This document shows, in pieces, positions 25,526 through 35,526 of a stretch of 50,928 nucleotides of DNA. The position numbers and the translations under genes are program-made. The DNA is taken from contig JAYYEE010000118.1 of NCBI GenBank assembly GCA_036160175.1, positions 1-50,928 on the forward strand, written 5' to 3'. This stretch comes from Planctomycetota bacterium. GTDB taxonomy: Bacteria; Planctomycetota; UBA1135; UBA2386. The notes under the pieces are model-generated. The model was not told the DNA's origin, did no database searches, and saw only the letters and a program-made list of their open reading frames with translations. The first letter of the stretch is position 1. The number at the start of each line of letters is the position of its first letter.

Positions 25526-27778
25526 ATGAGCGGGTTGGCCTTCTTCAATCCGCTGCTGCTGTGGGCGCTGCCGCTAGCGGCAGTTCCGATCATCATCCAC
25601 ATCCTGAACCGCCGACGGTTCCAGAAGGTCCCTTGGGCGGCGATGGAGTTCCTGCTTCGCGCGATGAAGCGCAACCGCAAGCGCCTGCGGATGGAGCAGT
25701 GGCTCGTGCTGTTGCTGCGCGTGTTGGCGGTCCTGCTCCTCGTGTTCTTGGTGAGCCGCCCGCAGCTCGGCAGCGGCGGGTTGCTGGGCGGGCGGACGCA
25801 CCACGTGGTGATCCTCGACGACAGCCCGTCGATGACGCAGCGAAGCGGCAGCACGGACCTGTTCGAGAAGGCGCAGGACAAAGCGCGACAGCTGGCCGAC
25901 GACCTCGCGCAGCGCCGCGCCGGTGACCTCTTTTCGATCGCTAGGACCAGCGCGCCGATGGAGTGGGCGATGGCGCCGCAGCGGGTCAGCGGCAGCTTCG
26001 GTCGCGTCGCAGGCGCCACGCTCAAGGAGATGCAGGTCAGCGACCTGCCGTCGGATCTCGGCAAGGCGTTGCAGATGGCTGTGACCCGCAGCGGCAAGGT
26101 CGAGGACGCCGCACGGACGGAGTACTACTTGATCGGCGATCGCCGCGCGTGGGACTGGGCGACCGAGGACGAGAAGCCGCGAGCAGATTTGGCGAAGAGC
26201 CTCGCTGGCCTCGACAAGGAGCGCGAGCACGTGACGGTGCTCAGCGTCGGGGGCCAGCACGACAACCTCGCCGTGGTCGACGTCAAGCTGCAGGATCGGC
26301 TCGCGATCGCGTCGGTGCCGGTCACGCTCGGCGTCGACGTGAAGAACTTCGGCCTCGACCCCGCGCCGCCTACGACCGTCGCCATCGAGGTCGACGGCCA
26401 GACCAGCATCAACCAGGACGTGCCGCAGCTAGCCCCAGGGGAGCGCGTCACGTTGCCGTTTGACTACACCTTCCACAGCGGGGGCTCGCACCGTGTCCGG
26501 GCGATGCTCGAGCCCGGGGGCACCCACGCCTTCGATGATCGCCGCACGCTCGCGTTGCGGGTGCGCGACAAGAGCCGCGTGTTGTTGATCGACGGGGACC
26601 CGGACAGCGGGCAGGGGGAGACGTTCTTTCTACAGGCGACGCTCGATGTCCCCGAGTCGGGCATCGAGGCGCAGGTCGTCACCGAGTCTGGCTTTGACGA
26701 GGTCAACCTCGGCGCGTTCGACATGGTGTGGCTCTGCAACGTGCAGGCGCCGACGCAGCAGGCCTCGGCGCGGCTTGAGGCGGTCGTTCTGTCTGGCGGC
26801 GGCCTCGCGGTGACCCTCGGCCCGCTGGTAGACGCGGCACGCTACAACGAGCTGCTCTGGCGCGGCGGCGACGGCCCGCTGCCGCTGCCGATCGGCGAGA
26901 TCGACGGAGACCCCGACCGGCCTGAGCCAGCGTTCCTCGCGTCCATCGACCATCCGATGTGCGAGGGCGTCGCCGAGCTGTTCCAGCTCGTCCTAGGCAA
27001 CTGGGTTCAGGTGAAGCGGTGGCTGACCCTCGAGGAGCCCGAAGGGCGCGAGGCCGCCGTGGTCGCGCGGATCCGGGACGCCGACGGACCGCCGATGATC
27101 GCGACGCGGACGTTCGGCGGCAAAGGCGGAGAGGTGGCGCTCTTCGCGATCACAGCGGATCGTTTCTGGAGCAACTTGCCCAGCACAGACCTGTTCCTCG
27201 TCGTCACGCACCAGCTGCATCACTTCGCGGCGCGACGCGATGACCCGCGCCGGCAGAACCTCGGCACGGACGGGGTCTGGCGCCAACAGCTCGACCCTGG
27301 GGTGTATCGCCCCGACGTTACGCTGCGCGCGACCGAGGGCGATGACGAGCGCACCTACACGGCCGCGGCGCCGGCGAGCGAGAGCGCGCCCGCGCAGGGC
27401 GACGCGAGGCCCGGCGTCGACGCCGCGGAAGGCGCGCCGCAGGGCGAGGAGCTCGCCCTCGAGGTCGTCGCCGACCTGCGCGAGCTGTCGGCCCGCGGCG
27501 CCTATGAGGTCGAGCTGCGTCGGCACGACGGCGTGCCCGCGACGCGCATGATCGCGCGGAACGGGCCGGTCGAAGAGGGGCGGCTGGTCGGTTTCGACGA
27601 AGCGGCCTTCAAGAAGCTCTACCCGGCCTCGTCGCACGACGTGGTGACCTTCGTCCGTGACGAGGGCAGCGTGGGCAGCGCGGCGATGGAAGGCGAGGCG
27701 TGGCCCCTGCTCGCGTCGCTGTTGCTCGCGGGTCTCCTGCTCGAATCCCTGCTCGCGTGGAGGTTCGGTCGCCGCTGA
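25526..27778 (+). CDS. BatA-type N-terminal double-transmembrane protein (large periplasmic region, C-terminal TM)
   Basis: The N-terminus FFNPLLLWALPLAAVPIIIHILNRRRFQKVPWAAMEFL is the aerotolerance-regulator (BatA) double-TM signature. It ends with the TM helix WPLLASLLLAGLLLESLLAWRFGRR. 750 aa. Confidence 0.8.
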   Translation: MSGLAFFNPLLLWALPLAAVPIIIHILNRRRFQKVPWAAMEFLLRAMKRNRKRLRMEQWLVLLLRVLAVLLLVFLVSRPQLGSGGLLGGRTHHVVILDDSPSMTQRSGSTDLFEKAQDKARQLADDLAQRRAGDLFSIARTSAPMEWAMAPQRVSGSFGRVAGATLKEMQVSDLPSDLGKALQMAVTRSGKVEDAARTEYYLIGDRRAWDWATEDEKPRADLAKSLAGLDKEREHVTVLSVGGQHDNLAVVDVKLQDRLAIASVPVTLGVDVKNFGLDPAPPTTVAIEVDGQTSINQDVPQLAPGERVTLPFDYTFHSGGSHRVRAMLEPGGTHAFDDRRTLALRVRDKSRVLLIDGDPDSGQGETFFLQATLDVPESGIEAQVVTESGFDEVNLGAFDMVWLCNVQAPTQQASARLEAVVLSGGGLAVTLGPLVDAARYNELLWRGGDGPLPLPIGEIDGDPDRPEPAFLASIDHPMCEGVAELFQLVLGNWVQVKRWLTLEEPEGREAAVVARIRDADGPPMIATRTFGGKGGEVALFAITADRFWSNLPSTDLFLVVTHQLHHFAARRDDPRRQNLGTDGVWRQQLDPGVYRPDVTLRATEGDDERTYTAAAPASESAPAQGDARPGVDAAEGAPQGEELALEVVADLRELSARGAYEVELRRHDGVPATRMIARNGPVEEGRLVGFDEAAFKKLYPASSHDVVTFVRDEGSVGSAAMEGEAWPLLASLLLAGLLLESLLAWRFGRR

Positions 27779-27791
27779 GCGGCGCGTCGCC

Positions 27792-30287
27792 ATGGAAGAC
27801 ATCTTGCGATGGTTGGCAGTGTGGCGCGGCGTCGAGGTCGAGCCCGGCGCCGAGCTGCAGTTTGAGTTCGCCAGCTTCCCGGCAGGCGGCCTCGGCTTGC
27901 TCGTGCTGCTCGGTATGGCGACAGCCATCGTCGCCATTGGCTTCCTCTATCGTCGTGACGGCAAGCAGCTCAAGGCGTGGCAGCGCCTCGTGCTCGGGAC
28001 GCTGCGCGCGCTCGCCGTGCTCGCGGTCATGCTGCTGCTGCTCGAGCCCAACATCGTGTCGGTCGAGCGCGACGTCCGCGAAGGCCACACCATCCTGCTG
28101 GTAGACACGTCGCAGTCGATGACGCACGTCGACGCTTGGCGGCGCGACGAGGTCCAGCCTGCGAAGGCGGCTTGGGGCGAGGTCGGCGTCGACGACCCTG
28201 CAGCGGGGTCTCGCTTGGACCTCGTCAAGGCGCTGCTGGCCCACGCGGACCAAGCGTTGGTGCGGAAGCTCGCCGCCAAGAACCAGGTCAAGCTCTATCG
28301 CTTCGCCGGCTCGATCTCGGACCTCCCGATCGTGCCGTCGGCGCCGGCAGTAGAGCCGGACGGCGAGCCGCTGCCCGCTGGGCCAGATCCGGACGCGCCG
28401 CCGCCCGAGCTGGACCTCGACAAGCTCATCGCCGACGGCCGCTCGAGCGATCTTGGGGGCTCGCTGCACACAGCGCTGGACCGCAGCCGGCCGGCCGAGA
28501 TCGCCGCGGTCGTGCTCGTGACCGACGGACGCCGCACCGCCGGGCCTCAGGGCGCCGAGGTCGCGCGCTTGCTTGAGCAGCGCAAGGTCCCCCACACGTT
28601 CGTGCTCGGCGTCGGCGACCCCTCGGAGACGCAGACGATCACGCTGACGCGCATGGAGGCGCCCTCGAAGGTCTTCCAACGCGACCCCTACGAGCTGAAG
28701 GCCACGGTGTCTTCGCAAGGCTATGACGGCGTCGCCGTGACCGCGCGCCTCGTGCGCGTCGACGAGCAGGGAGCCGAGACGGTGGTCGCGACGCAGCAGG
28801 TGCAGATCGGTGAGAGCCAACAGGCGCCGATCTTCTGGAAGGACCTGACCAGCGACGCGCCGGGCCGCTTCATCTATCGCACTGAGATCCTGCCGCCCGA
28901 CGGCGAGCCGATGATCGCCGAGCGACACACCAAGACGGCGGCGGTCGAGGTCCTCGGGGAGCGCCTCCGCATGCTGCTGCTCGCGGGCGGCTCAAGCCAC
29001 GAGTTCCAGATCCTGCGCAACCTGTTGATCCGCGACAAGACCATCGACGTCACCTGCTGGCTGCAGAGCGCGGACGAGAACTTCCCCCAAGAAGGCAACG
29101 AGGACGTCCGGATCACGCGCCTCCCCGAAGGTCGCGCTGAGCTGGAGCCGTACGACGTCGTGGTCTTGATCGACCCGGACCCGCGCAAGCTGACGACCCG
29201 CTTCTGCCAGGGGCTCAGCGAGCACATCGTCGAAGGCGGCTGCGGCATGTGGTGGGTCGCGGGTGAGCAACACACGCTCGACGCGCTCCGACCCAACGCC
29301 AGCACGCAGCCAATCGCCGACCTGCTCCCGATTCAGCCAGACGTCGAGTTCGCGGAGCGCAAGATGCTCGGGCTCGGCAAGGCGTTCCCGCGCCCGTGGC
29401 GCTACCGGCTGACATCAGACGCCGTCGACGGGATCGGGGCGAAGCTGATGCGCTTGGACGACGACAAGGACACCAGCAACCTGCTCTGGGAGCGGATCCC
29501 CGGGTTCCACTTCTGGTTCCCCGTCGCCGGACTCAAGCCCATCGCGACGGCGCTGGCGGGGCACCCGAGCCCTGAGTTCCGCGTCGCGGGCGAGGATATG
29601 CCCATCATCGCCGTGCAGAAGCTGGGTGCTGGGCGTGTGTTGTTCCTCGGGACCGACGAGACCTACCGCTGGCGGTCTCTCTATGAGGACGCCTACAACC
29701 GCTTTTGGATCAACGGCGTCCGCTACCTCTTCGAGGGCCGCCTGCAAGCGGGCAACAGCCGGCTGCGCCTGCTCAGCAGCGACGACAAGATCGACCTCGG
29801 CGACGCCGTCGAGCTCGTCGCCGAGGTCAAGGACGCCTCGCTGCAGCCGCTGATCGCGGCGGCGTTCCCCGTCGCGGTCGAGCGCGAGGGAGAGGTCGTA
29901 GAGACGGTAGACCTCGCGCCGGTCGAAGCGTTGCCCGGCAGCTACTCGCTGCGTTACCGCCCGACCCAGCTCGGCACCTACCGGGTGCGACCCGTCGAGA
30001 AGAGCGGCAAGGCCGTCGAGCTCTCGTTCCAGGTCGTGCCCGCCCAGGTCGAGTCCCAAGGGCCGATGGAGCGAAGCAACCTCGCGGCCATCGCGGGCGC
30101 GGACGGTGCGCAGCTGTTCGACGACCCGGCTGCGCTGCTGCGCGCGCTCGACGACGTGCCGTCGCGCTCCGCGACCGACACGTTCCGCACCCCACACGCC
30201 CTCTGGGACGGCTGGCCTACGATCACGCTGGTGCTCGTGTTGCTGTCGATCGAGTGGATCCTCCGCAAGCGCTTCAACCTGCTATGA
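27792..30287 (+). CDS. Membrane-anchored von Willebrand factor A domain protein
   Basis: ATG 27792 (the 27657 start overlaps the upstream gene). Two N-terminal TM helices. The MIDAS motif is HTILLVDTSQSM with AAVVLVTDGRRT. A later block LRMLLLAGGSSHEF...YDVVVLIDPDP is GATase1-like by eye. C-terminal TM helix WPTITLVLVLLSIEWIL. Confidence 0.8.
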   Translation: MEDILRWLAVWRGVEVEPGAELQFEFASFPAGGLGLLVLLGMATAIVAIGFLYRRDGKQLKAWQRLVLGTLRALAVLAVMLLLLEPNIVSVERDVREGHTILLVDTSQSMTHVDAWRRDEVQPAKAAWGEVGVDDPAAGSRLDLVKALLAHADQALVRKLAAKNQVKLYRFAGSISDLPIVPSAPAVEPDGEPLPAGPDPDAPPPELDLDKLIADGRSSDLGGSLHTALDRSRPAEIAAVVLVTDGRRTAGPQGAEVARLLEQRKVPHTFVLGVGDPSETQTITLTRMEAPSKVFQRDPYELKATVSSQGYDGVAVTARLVRVDEQGAETVVATQQVQIGESQQAPIFWKDLTSDAPGRFIYRTEILPPDGEPMIAERHTKTAAVEVLGERLRMLLLAGGSSHEFQILRNLLIRDKTIDVTCWLQSADENFPQEGNEDVRITRLPEGRAELEPYDVVVLIDPDPRKLTTRFCQGLSEHIVEGGCGMWWVAGEQHTLDALRPNASTQPIADLLPIQPDVEFAERKMLGLGKAFPRPWRYRLTSDAVDGIGAKLMRLDDDKDTSNLLWERIPGFHFWFPVAGLKPIATALAGHPSPEFRVAGEDMPIIAVQKLGAGRVLFLGTDETYRWRSLYEDAYNRFWINGVRYLFEGRLQAGNSRLRLLSSDDKIDLGDAVELVAEVKDASLQPLIAAAFPVAVEREGEVVETVDLAPVEALPGSYSLRYRPTQLGTYRVRPVEKSGKAVELSFQVVPAQVESQGPMERSNLAAIAGADGAQLFDDPAALLRALDDVPSRSATDTFRTPHALWDGWPTITLVLVLLSIEWILRKRFNLL

Positions 30288-32515
30288 CCACGACGACGAC
30301 GCACGAGCGACCGCTCGGTCAAGAGCTGCGAGACGCCCGCGCGCGGCTCCGCAAGCAGCGCGACCGCGTTCGCTATGGGCTCTGGGTCGAAGCCGTCGGG
30401 GTGGCTGCGCTGTTGTTGATCGCTTACGCGCTGTCGACGCTCCTTGTCGACCGCTTGCTGCGGCTGGAGTGGGCCTTCCGCGCTGGCCTGCTGTTGGTCT
30501 TTGTCGCAGCGGTCGCGCGCGTCTTCGTGCGGCGGCTGCTGCGTCCGATGCGCGTGCACCTGAGCGACGAGGAGCTCGCGCTCGCCGTCGAGCGGCAGTG
30601 CCCGCAGCTCGACCAGCAGCTGATCAGCTCGCTACAGTTCGATGAGGAGCTGTCCAGTGACGGGGAGTCCGCGTCGATCGAGTCGCGCGAGATGAAGGCC
30701 GCGGTCGTGCAGAACCTCCGCGACCGACTGCAAGCGGTCCCGTTCGCGCAGGCGGTCGACGCGATGCGCGTGACGCGGTTCTCGCTCTGCGTCTGCTCGA
30801 TGATCATGTTCTTCAGCGCGTGGGCTGGCTTCGACCGCGCCTCGCTAGGGACCTGGGCGGCGCGGAACGTCTTCTTGGCCGACGTCGACTGGCCGCGCTA
30901 CACCGCGCTCTCGTTCGTCGGCGGCGGCGATGAGGTCCGGCTGCCGCAGGGGGACGCGCTGACGGTGCGCGTCCGCGCCGACGGCGTCGTCCCTGACCAG
31001 CTGTTCGTCGACTACGCGTTCGCCGACGGCGACCTGGGCGTCGCGCCGATGAGCCTCACCGGAGACGGAGAGTTCTCCTGGACGATCGACTCCGTCGTCA
31101 GCGACGTCGACCTCAGCGTGCAGGGCGGGGACTCGCTGCCCGTCACGCTCAGCGTCCGCATCGTCGAGCGCCCGAACGTCGGGGACCTCGCGATCCGCGT
31201 CCGCTTCCCCGCGTACATGGAGCGCGACCCCTACGACGTGCCGCCGACTGAGGGCGAGCTGTGGCTGCCGTCAGGCGCCGAGCTGATGGTCTCGGGGCGG
31301 AGCAGGAAGCCGCTGCGAGAGGCCTTCTTGCTGTTCGGTGATGACGAGAAGCTGTCGCTCACGGTCGGCGAGGACCAGCGCGCGTTCGCGGGGACGTTCG
31401 CGCCGACCGACTCTGGGCTGATGGTCGTCGACGTCATCGACCGCGACAGCCTCGGCGCGGGCGCGCCGCCCAAGCTGTTGCTGCGGGTCGGCGCGGACAA
31501 GGCGCCGACCGTCGACTTCCGACTCCGCGGCATCGGCTCCTCGATCACCTACGAGGCCCGCATCCCGGGCGCGCTGCGGGTCCGCGACGACTTCGGGCTG
31601 CGCGCCGTGCGGGCGGAGATGCGCTACCAGGACGACAACCCCGCAGACCGCGGCGACGGGACGTCGCCGCTGCCGGAGATGCCCTGGGCCGACGCGAAGG
31701 CGATCTTCGACGCCCAGCTGCAGCGGAGCGCGCTGCGCTACGAGGCGGAGGCGAGCGTCGACCTGCTCACTTGGAACAAGGTGCGCGATCAGAACTCCAA
31801 GGAGAACCCGATCCGGCCGGGCATGCTGTTCTCGCTGCGCTACGGCGCGACCGACAACTTCGGGCCTGGCGACCCACACCAGGGCTACGGCGAGGCGATG
31901 ACGTTCCGGGTCGTGCCGCGGGACCAGTTGATCGAGGAGCTGCGCCGCCGCCAGATCGAGCAGCGCCGCGAGCTCCAGCAGATCGCCAACGCAGAGGCGT
32001 CCGGGACGATCGAGCTGCGCGAGACGGTCAACCCGCGCGAGGCCGGGGACAAGCAGCAGCAGGCCGCCGCCAAGTTCCGCGTCTACGCCCGCCGGCAGCA
32101 AGCGCTCGGGCGGCGCGTGCGGTTCGTTGGGGAGGCCTACCAGCGCATCCTCTGGGAGCTCGAGAACAACCGCTTGATCGAGGACAACAAGGTCCGACAG
32201 ATCGAGGCGGTGATCACCGCCCCTCTGCAGCAGCTCGCGAAGGAAGCATTCCCGTCGACGGCGCGCCTGGTGAGCGACTTCGTCAACACCGGCGAGGAGT
32301 CCTTAAGGCAAGCTGCAATAGATGGTTATAAGGACATCAGCCGTCGCCTCGCCGAGATCATCAAGGCGATGGAGCAGGCCGAGACCCTGGCCGCCCTACT
32401 CGAAGAACTCCGGAATGTGATTAATCTGGAGACGGACGCGATCTCCGACGTCAAACGACGGATCAAGGATCGTGAGGACAGCCTCTTCCAGCGGAAGAAG
32501 CCGAAGAAGAAGTGA
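30284..32515 (+). CDS. Large two-TM membrane protein with coiled-coil C-terminus (DUF4175-like by eye)
   Basis: ATGA overlap with the upstream stop. N-terminus MTTTTTHERP..., TM helices VEAVGVAALLLIAYALSTLLV and AGLLLVFVAAVARVFV, a beta-rich middle and a long E/R/Q-rich helical tail. 743 aa. The family assignment comes from memory of the architecture only. Confidence 0.65.
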   Translation: MTTTTTHERPLGQELRDARARLRKQRDRVRYGLWVEAVGVAALLLIAYALSTLLVDRLLRLEWAFRAGLLLVFVAAVARVFVRRLLRPMRVHLSDEELALAVERQCPQLDQQLISSLQFDEELSSDGESASIESREMKAAVVQNLRDRLQAVPFAQAVDAMRVTRFSLCVCSMIMFFSAWAGFDRASLGTWAARNVFLADVDWPRYTALSFVGGGDEVRLPQGDALTVRVRADGVVPDQLFVDYAFADGDLGVAPMSLTGDGEFSWTIDSVVSDVDLSVQGGDSLPVTLSVRIVERPNVGDLAIRVRFPAYMERDPYDVPPTEGELWLPSGAELMVSGRSRKPLREAFLLFGDDEKLSLTVGEDQRAFAGTFAPTDSGLMVVDVIDRDSLGAGAPPKLLLRVGADKAPTVDFRLRGIGSSITYEARIPGALRVRDDFGLRAVRAEMRYQDDNPADRGDGTSPLPEMPWADAKAIFDAQLQRSALRYEAEASVDLLTWNKVRDQNSKENPIRPGMLFSLRYGATDNFGPGDPHQGYGEAMTFRVVPRDQLIEELRRRQIEQRRELQQIANAEASGTIELRETVNPREAGDKQQQAAAKFRVYARRQQALGRRVRFVGEAYQRILWELENNRLIEDNKVRQIEAVITAPLQQLAKEAFPSTARLVSDFVNTGEESLRQAAIDGYKDISRRLAEIIKAMEQAETLAALLEELRNVINLETDAISDVKRRIKDREDSLFQRKKPKKK

Positions 32516-32584
32516 CGACCGAGCGACCGAGAACCCCGACCCTGCACAACCGGCCCTGCCCAGGGTCGACCCACTGAGGTGCCC

Positions 32585-34231
32585 ATGATTCCAAGAGTTG
32601 TCGCCGTCTTGACGGCCCTGCTGATGGCGGCGTTGACGCCGACGTGCTCGCCATTGCGCGCCCAGCAAGATCCGCCGTCCGCGGCCCAGAGCAAGCAGCT
32701 CCTCGCGGAGGGCAAGTTTAAGGAGCTGACCGACCGCATGCAGAAGCTCATGGTCGTCCTCCAGCAGGACGAGCCGGAGGAGAGCAAGCTGTTGGGCGCG
32801 GGCCTGCGATACGTGCAAGAGAAGCAGCTGCACCAGCGGCTGGAGCTCGCCGGCGCCATGCTCAAGCAGGAGCGTTGGGACGAGGGCCTAGTGCTCATGG
32901 GCAAGCTGCGCGAGGACCTCCGCGCGCTGCTCGAGCTGCTGCAGAACCGCAACGGGGACCTCCGCAAGCTGCTCGAACGGATCGATCAGCTCGAGGGGTT
33001 CAAGGATCGAGTCGACGAGCTCACCGAGGAGCAGCAGCAAGAGAAGGAGGACTCCGCGCGCGCCGAGGCCGTGCAGAAGCACTTAGAGAACATCGAGGCG
33101 CAGCGCCAGCGGGCGGAGGAGCTCCGCAGCCAGCAGCAAGCGCTGCGTGACCAGACCAACCAGCTACCGCTCGACGCCGCAGAGGGCCAGACCGCGCCGC
33201 TCGAGCGGCGGGAAGGCGAGCTGAAGTCAGCAGCCGACGAACTGTCAAAGGATCTGCGCGACCTCGACGTGAAAGACGCCGAGCTCAAGGAGGCGGCCGC
33301 GTCCAAGGACGGCGAGCCGTCCACGCCCAAGCAGACCGAGGGTGCGCCGTCGGGGGGCGCATCGAGCAGCAGCGCGGGCAAGGCGGCCGAGTCCATGGGC
33401 AAGGCGCAGCAGCAGCTCGGTGACAAGCAGCCAGAGTCGGCGCTCAAGGATCAGGACCAGGCGATCGAGGCGCTCGACCAGGCGATCAAGGAGCTCGACG
33501 CGATGGCCGAAGAGGCCCGACGCGAGCTGCTTAAGCTGCCGTTCGACGAGCTCGCCAAGAAGCAGGAGCAGACCCAGCAGGCGACCGACACCTTGGCCAA
33601 GGACATGGAGAAGGCGGAGCAGGGCGAGCAGGGCGCCGAGGGCGAACCGACGCCTGGCAAGAACAAGGTGCAGCAGGCGGTGCCGAAGCAGCGCGCCGCC
33701 GCCGGGCAGCTCAAGGAGCTCAAGCCTGCGAAGCAAAAGCAGCAGGACGCCAAGGACGACCTCGAGGCCGCCAAGGAGGCGCTCGAAGAGGCCCTCAAGC
33801 AGCTGCGGCAGCAGCTCCAGGACGAGGTGTTGCGCGCGCTCGAGGAGCGCTTCACGGCGATGCTCGCGCGTCAGCGCGAGTTGACCATCATGACCAAGAC
33901 GGTCGACGCCTCGCGCAAGAACATCCTGACCGCGGACGGTCAGCTGCCGGCAGCGCTCGTGAGCAAGATCGACGCGCTGGCCGAGGGTGAGGGTGAGCTC
34001 GAGCTCGAGACGATCGACGCGCTCAAGCTGCTCGAGGAGGACGGCACGACGGCGGTGTTCCCGCCGATGGTCGAGCAGCTCCGCGATGAGCTCCACGACG
34101 TGGGCGTCGGCCTGCGAGCGCGGCGCACTGGCGCGGGGATGAACCAGGCGCAGAAGGACGTCGAGGACCTCCTCGAACTACTCATCAACGCGCTGCGACG
34201 GACGATCGAGAAGAAAGAAGGCGGAGGTTGA
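32585..34231 (+). CDS. Exported/anchored coiled-coil protein (E/K/Q/A-rich)
   Basis: ATG 32585, 5 nt after GAGG. N-terminal hydrophobic segment VVAVLTALLMAALTP. About 500 aa of heptad-like charged helix. Ends KKEGGG-TGA. Confidence 0.7.
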   Translation: MIPRVVAVLTALLMAALTPTCSPLRAQQDPPSAAQSKQLLAEGKFKELTDRMQKLMVVLQQDEPEESKLLGAGLRYVQEKQLHQRLELAGAMLKQERWDEGLVLMGKLREDLRALLELLQNRNGDLRKLLERIDQLEGFKDRVDELTEEQQQEKEDSARAEAVQKHLENIEAQRQRAEELRSQQQALRDQTNQLPLDAAEGQTAPLERREGELKSAADELSKDLRDLDVKDAELKEAAASKDGEPSTPKQTEGAPSGGASSSSAGKAAESMGKAQQQLGDKQPESALKDQDQAIEALDQAIKELDAMAEEARRELLKLPFDELAKKQEQTQQATDTLAKDMEKAEQGEQGAEGEPTPGKNKVQQAVPKQRAAAGQLKELKPAKQKQQDAKDDLEAAKEALEEALKQLRQQLQDEVLRALEERFTAMLARQRELTIMTKTVDASRKNILTADGQLPAALVSKIDALAEGEGELELETIDALKLLEEDGTTAVFPPMVEQLRDELHDVGVGLRARRTGAGMNQAQKDVEDLLELLINALRRTIEKKEGGG

Positions 34232-34264
34232 ACGGGTACTTGAGGCGGGAAGAACCCGCCGCTC

Positions 34265-34474
34265 GTGCCCGTGTCGGCAGAGCTCAAGATGTTGAAGTTC
34301 CTCCAAGAGCGCGTGAACAAGAAGACCAAGCAGGTCGAGGCGCTGGGCGCTGACGACGGCGCGAAGCAGGCAGACTACGACCAGGTGTCCAAGAAGCAGG
34401 ATCGGGTCAAAGAGCTGATGCGCCGCCTCGCCGAGAAGCTCGGCAAGGAAGACGAGGGCGAGGGGGACACCTGA
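34265..34474 (+). CDS. Small charged protein, or detached C-terminal module of the preceding coiled-coil gene (same frame)
   Basis: GTG 34265 opens a 69-aa ORF (PVSAELKMLKFLQERVNKKTKQVE...). It is in the same reading frame as 32585-34231 and separated from it only by TGA-ACG-GGT-ACT-TGA plus 7 sense codons. Its stop overlaps the next ATG (TGATG). Confidence 0.5.
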   Translation: MPVSAELKMLKFLQERVNKKTKQVEALGADDGAKQADYDQVSKKQDRVKELMRRLAEKLGKEDEGEGDT

Positions 34475-35526
34475 TGCGTCCACAACGCGTCATCGCGCTC
34501 TTCGTCGCGGTCGGGCTCGTCGCTGGGGCTCGCGCCCAAGTGCAGCTGCCAGGAGAAGGCGTGCTGCCTGAGGCGCACATGCCCAAGGTCACGCCCGTCC
34601 AGGTGCAGAACCCGTTCAAGCCGTTCGACCAAGCCAAGTACGAGGCGGCTGTGCGCGCGCTAGGTGGCACGCGGCTGCAGCTCAAGACCTTCGCCGAGGA
34701 GGTCGAAGAGCTCGGCGCCGCGCGCGCCGGCGACGACCTGCTGCGCAAGGTCTCTCCGGCGTTTGGCGAGGCGGTGTTGGCGGCCGAGGACGGCGACCCA
34801 AAGGCCGCGCTGATGCTCACCAAGGTGCTGGTCGACGCCGAGTCGCCCGTGCTCCAAGCGCACGCTCGCTACCACCTCGCGCGCTTCTTCCTCGACAGCG
34901 ACGACCCTGAGCGCGCGATCGAGGTGCTCAACGAGTATCTGTCGCGCAACGTCAACGTGTCCCCGCTCGACGGCGAGGTGGCCTACTTCTACGCCCAGTC
35001 GTTGGCGGAGGTGCCGATGCTGGACGCCGCGATCCCGCGGTTCCGCGCGTTCCTCGCGTGGTTCCCCGGGGCGAGCGAGCGGCTTCGTTCCGCCGCGCAC
35101 CAGCGCGTGCTGGAGCTCGAGCGTCAGCGCGAGAGCCGGCTGCACATGCTCGCGGACGGCATGAAGAAGACGACGCGGGACCTGCGAAAGAAGAAGACCG
35201 ACAAGCCCGTCCAGCTCGACCAGGAGACCTACATCGAAGAGCTCGACCAGCTGATCGAGATGTTCGAGGAGATGGAGAACCAGTCGTCAGGCCCGCCGTC
35301 CGGCAACGGCCCCTCGAGCAACCCTGCGGCGAACAGCGCCTTGCCCGAAGGCGAGGGCAGCGTCGGCGAGCTCAAGAACCGCCCGTCGCTCGCGGACCGC
35401 TGGGGTGACATGCGTGACAGCGAGCGCAAGAAGATCATGGCGGACGTGCAGAACACCATGCCCCCGCAGTATCGGAAGATGCTCGAGGAGTACTACAAGA
35501 AGCTCGGCAAGGCCGACCGCAAGTGA
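34474..35526 (+). CDS. Exported helical (TPR-like) protein with conserved basic/aromatic C-terminus
   Basis: Signal peptide MRPQRVIALFVAVGLVAGARAQ. Helical-repeat middle, low-complexity linker, and C-terminus MPPQYRKMLEEYYKKLGK. 350 aa. Confidence 0.7.
   Translation: MRPQRVIALFVAVGLVAGARAQVQLPGEGVLPEAHMPKVTPVQVQNPFKPFDQAKYEAAVRALGGTRLQLKTFAEEVEELGAARAGDDLLRKVSPAFGEAVLAAEDGDPKAALMLTKVLVDAESPVLQAHARYHLARFFLDSDDPERAIEVLNEYLSRNVNVSPLDGEVAYFYAQSLAEVPMLDAAIPRFRAFLAWFPGASERLRSAAHQRVLELERQRESRLHMLADGMKKTTRDLRKKKTDKPVQLDQETYIEELDQLIEMFEEMENQSSGPPSGNGPSSNPAANSALPEGEGSVGELKNRPSLADRWGDMRDSERKKIMADVQNTMPPQYRKMLEEYYKKLGKADRK

Noticed and set aside
32900-34200. An E/K/Q/A-rich stretch that resembles a low-complexity or tandem DNA repeat.
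   Set aside because: I found no exact DNA periodicity. It reads as a continuous heptad-like coiled coil within a single ORF that has a proper N-terminal anchor.
34229-34243. TGA recoding (alternative genetic code or selenocysteine) as an explanation for the two in-frame TGA codons.
   Set aside because: Many well-defined genes in the window terminate at TGA at the expected protein ends (sigma factor, vWA protein, proteases, oxidoreductase). I saw no obvious SECIS-like hairpin immediately downstream, and two Sec residues 4 codons apart in a Gly linker is implausible.
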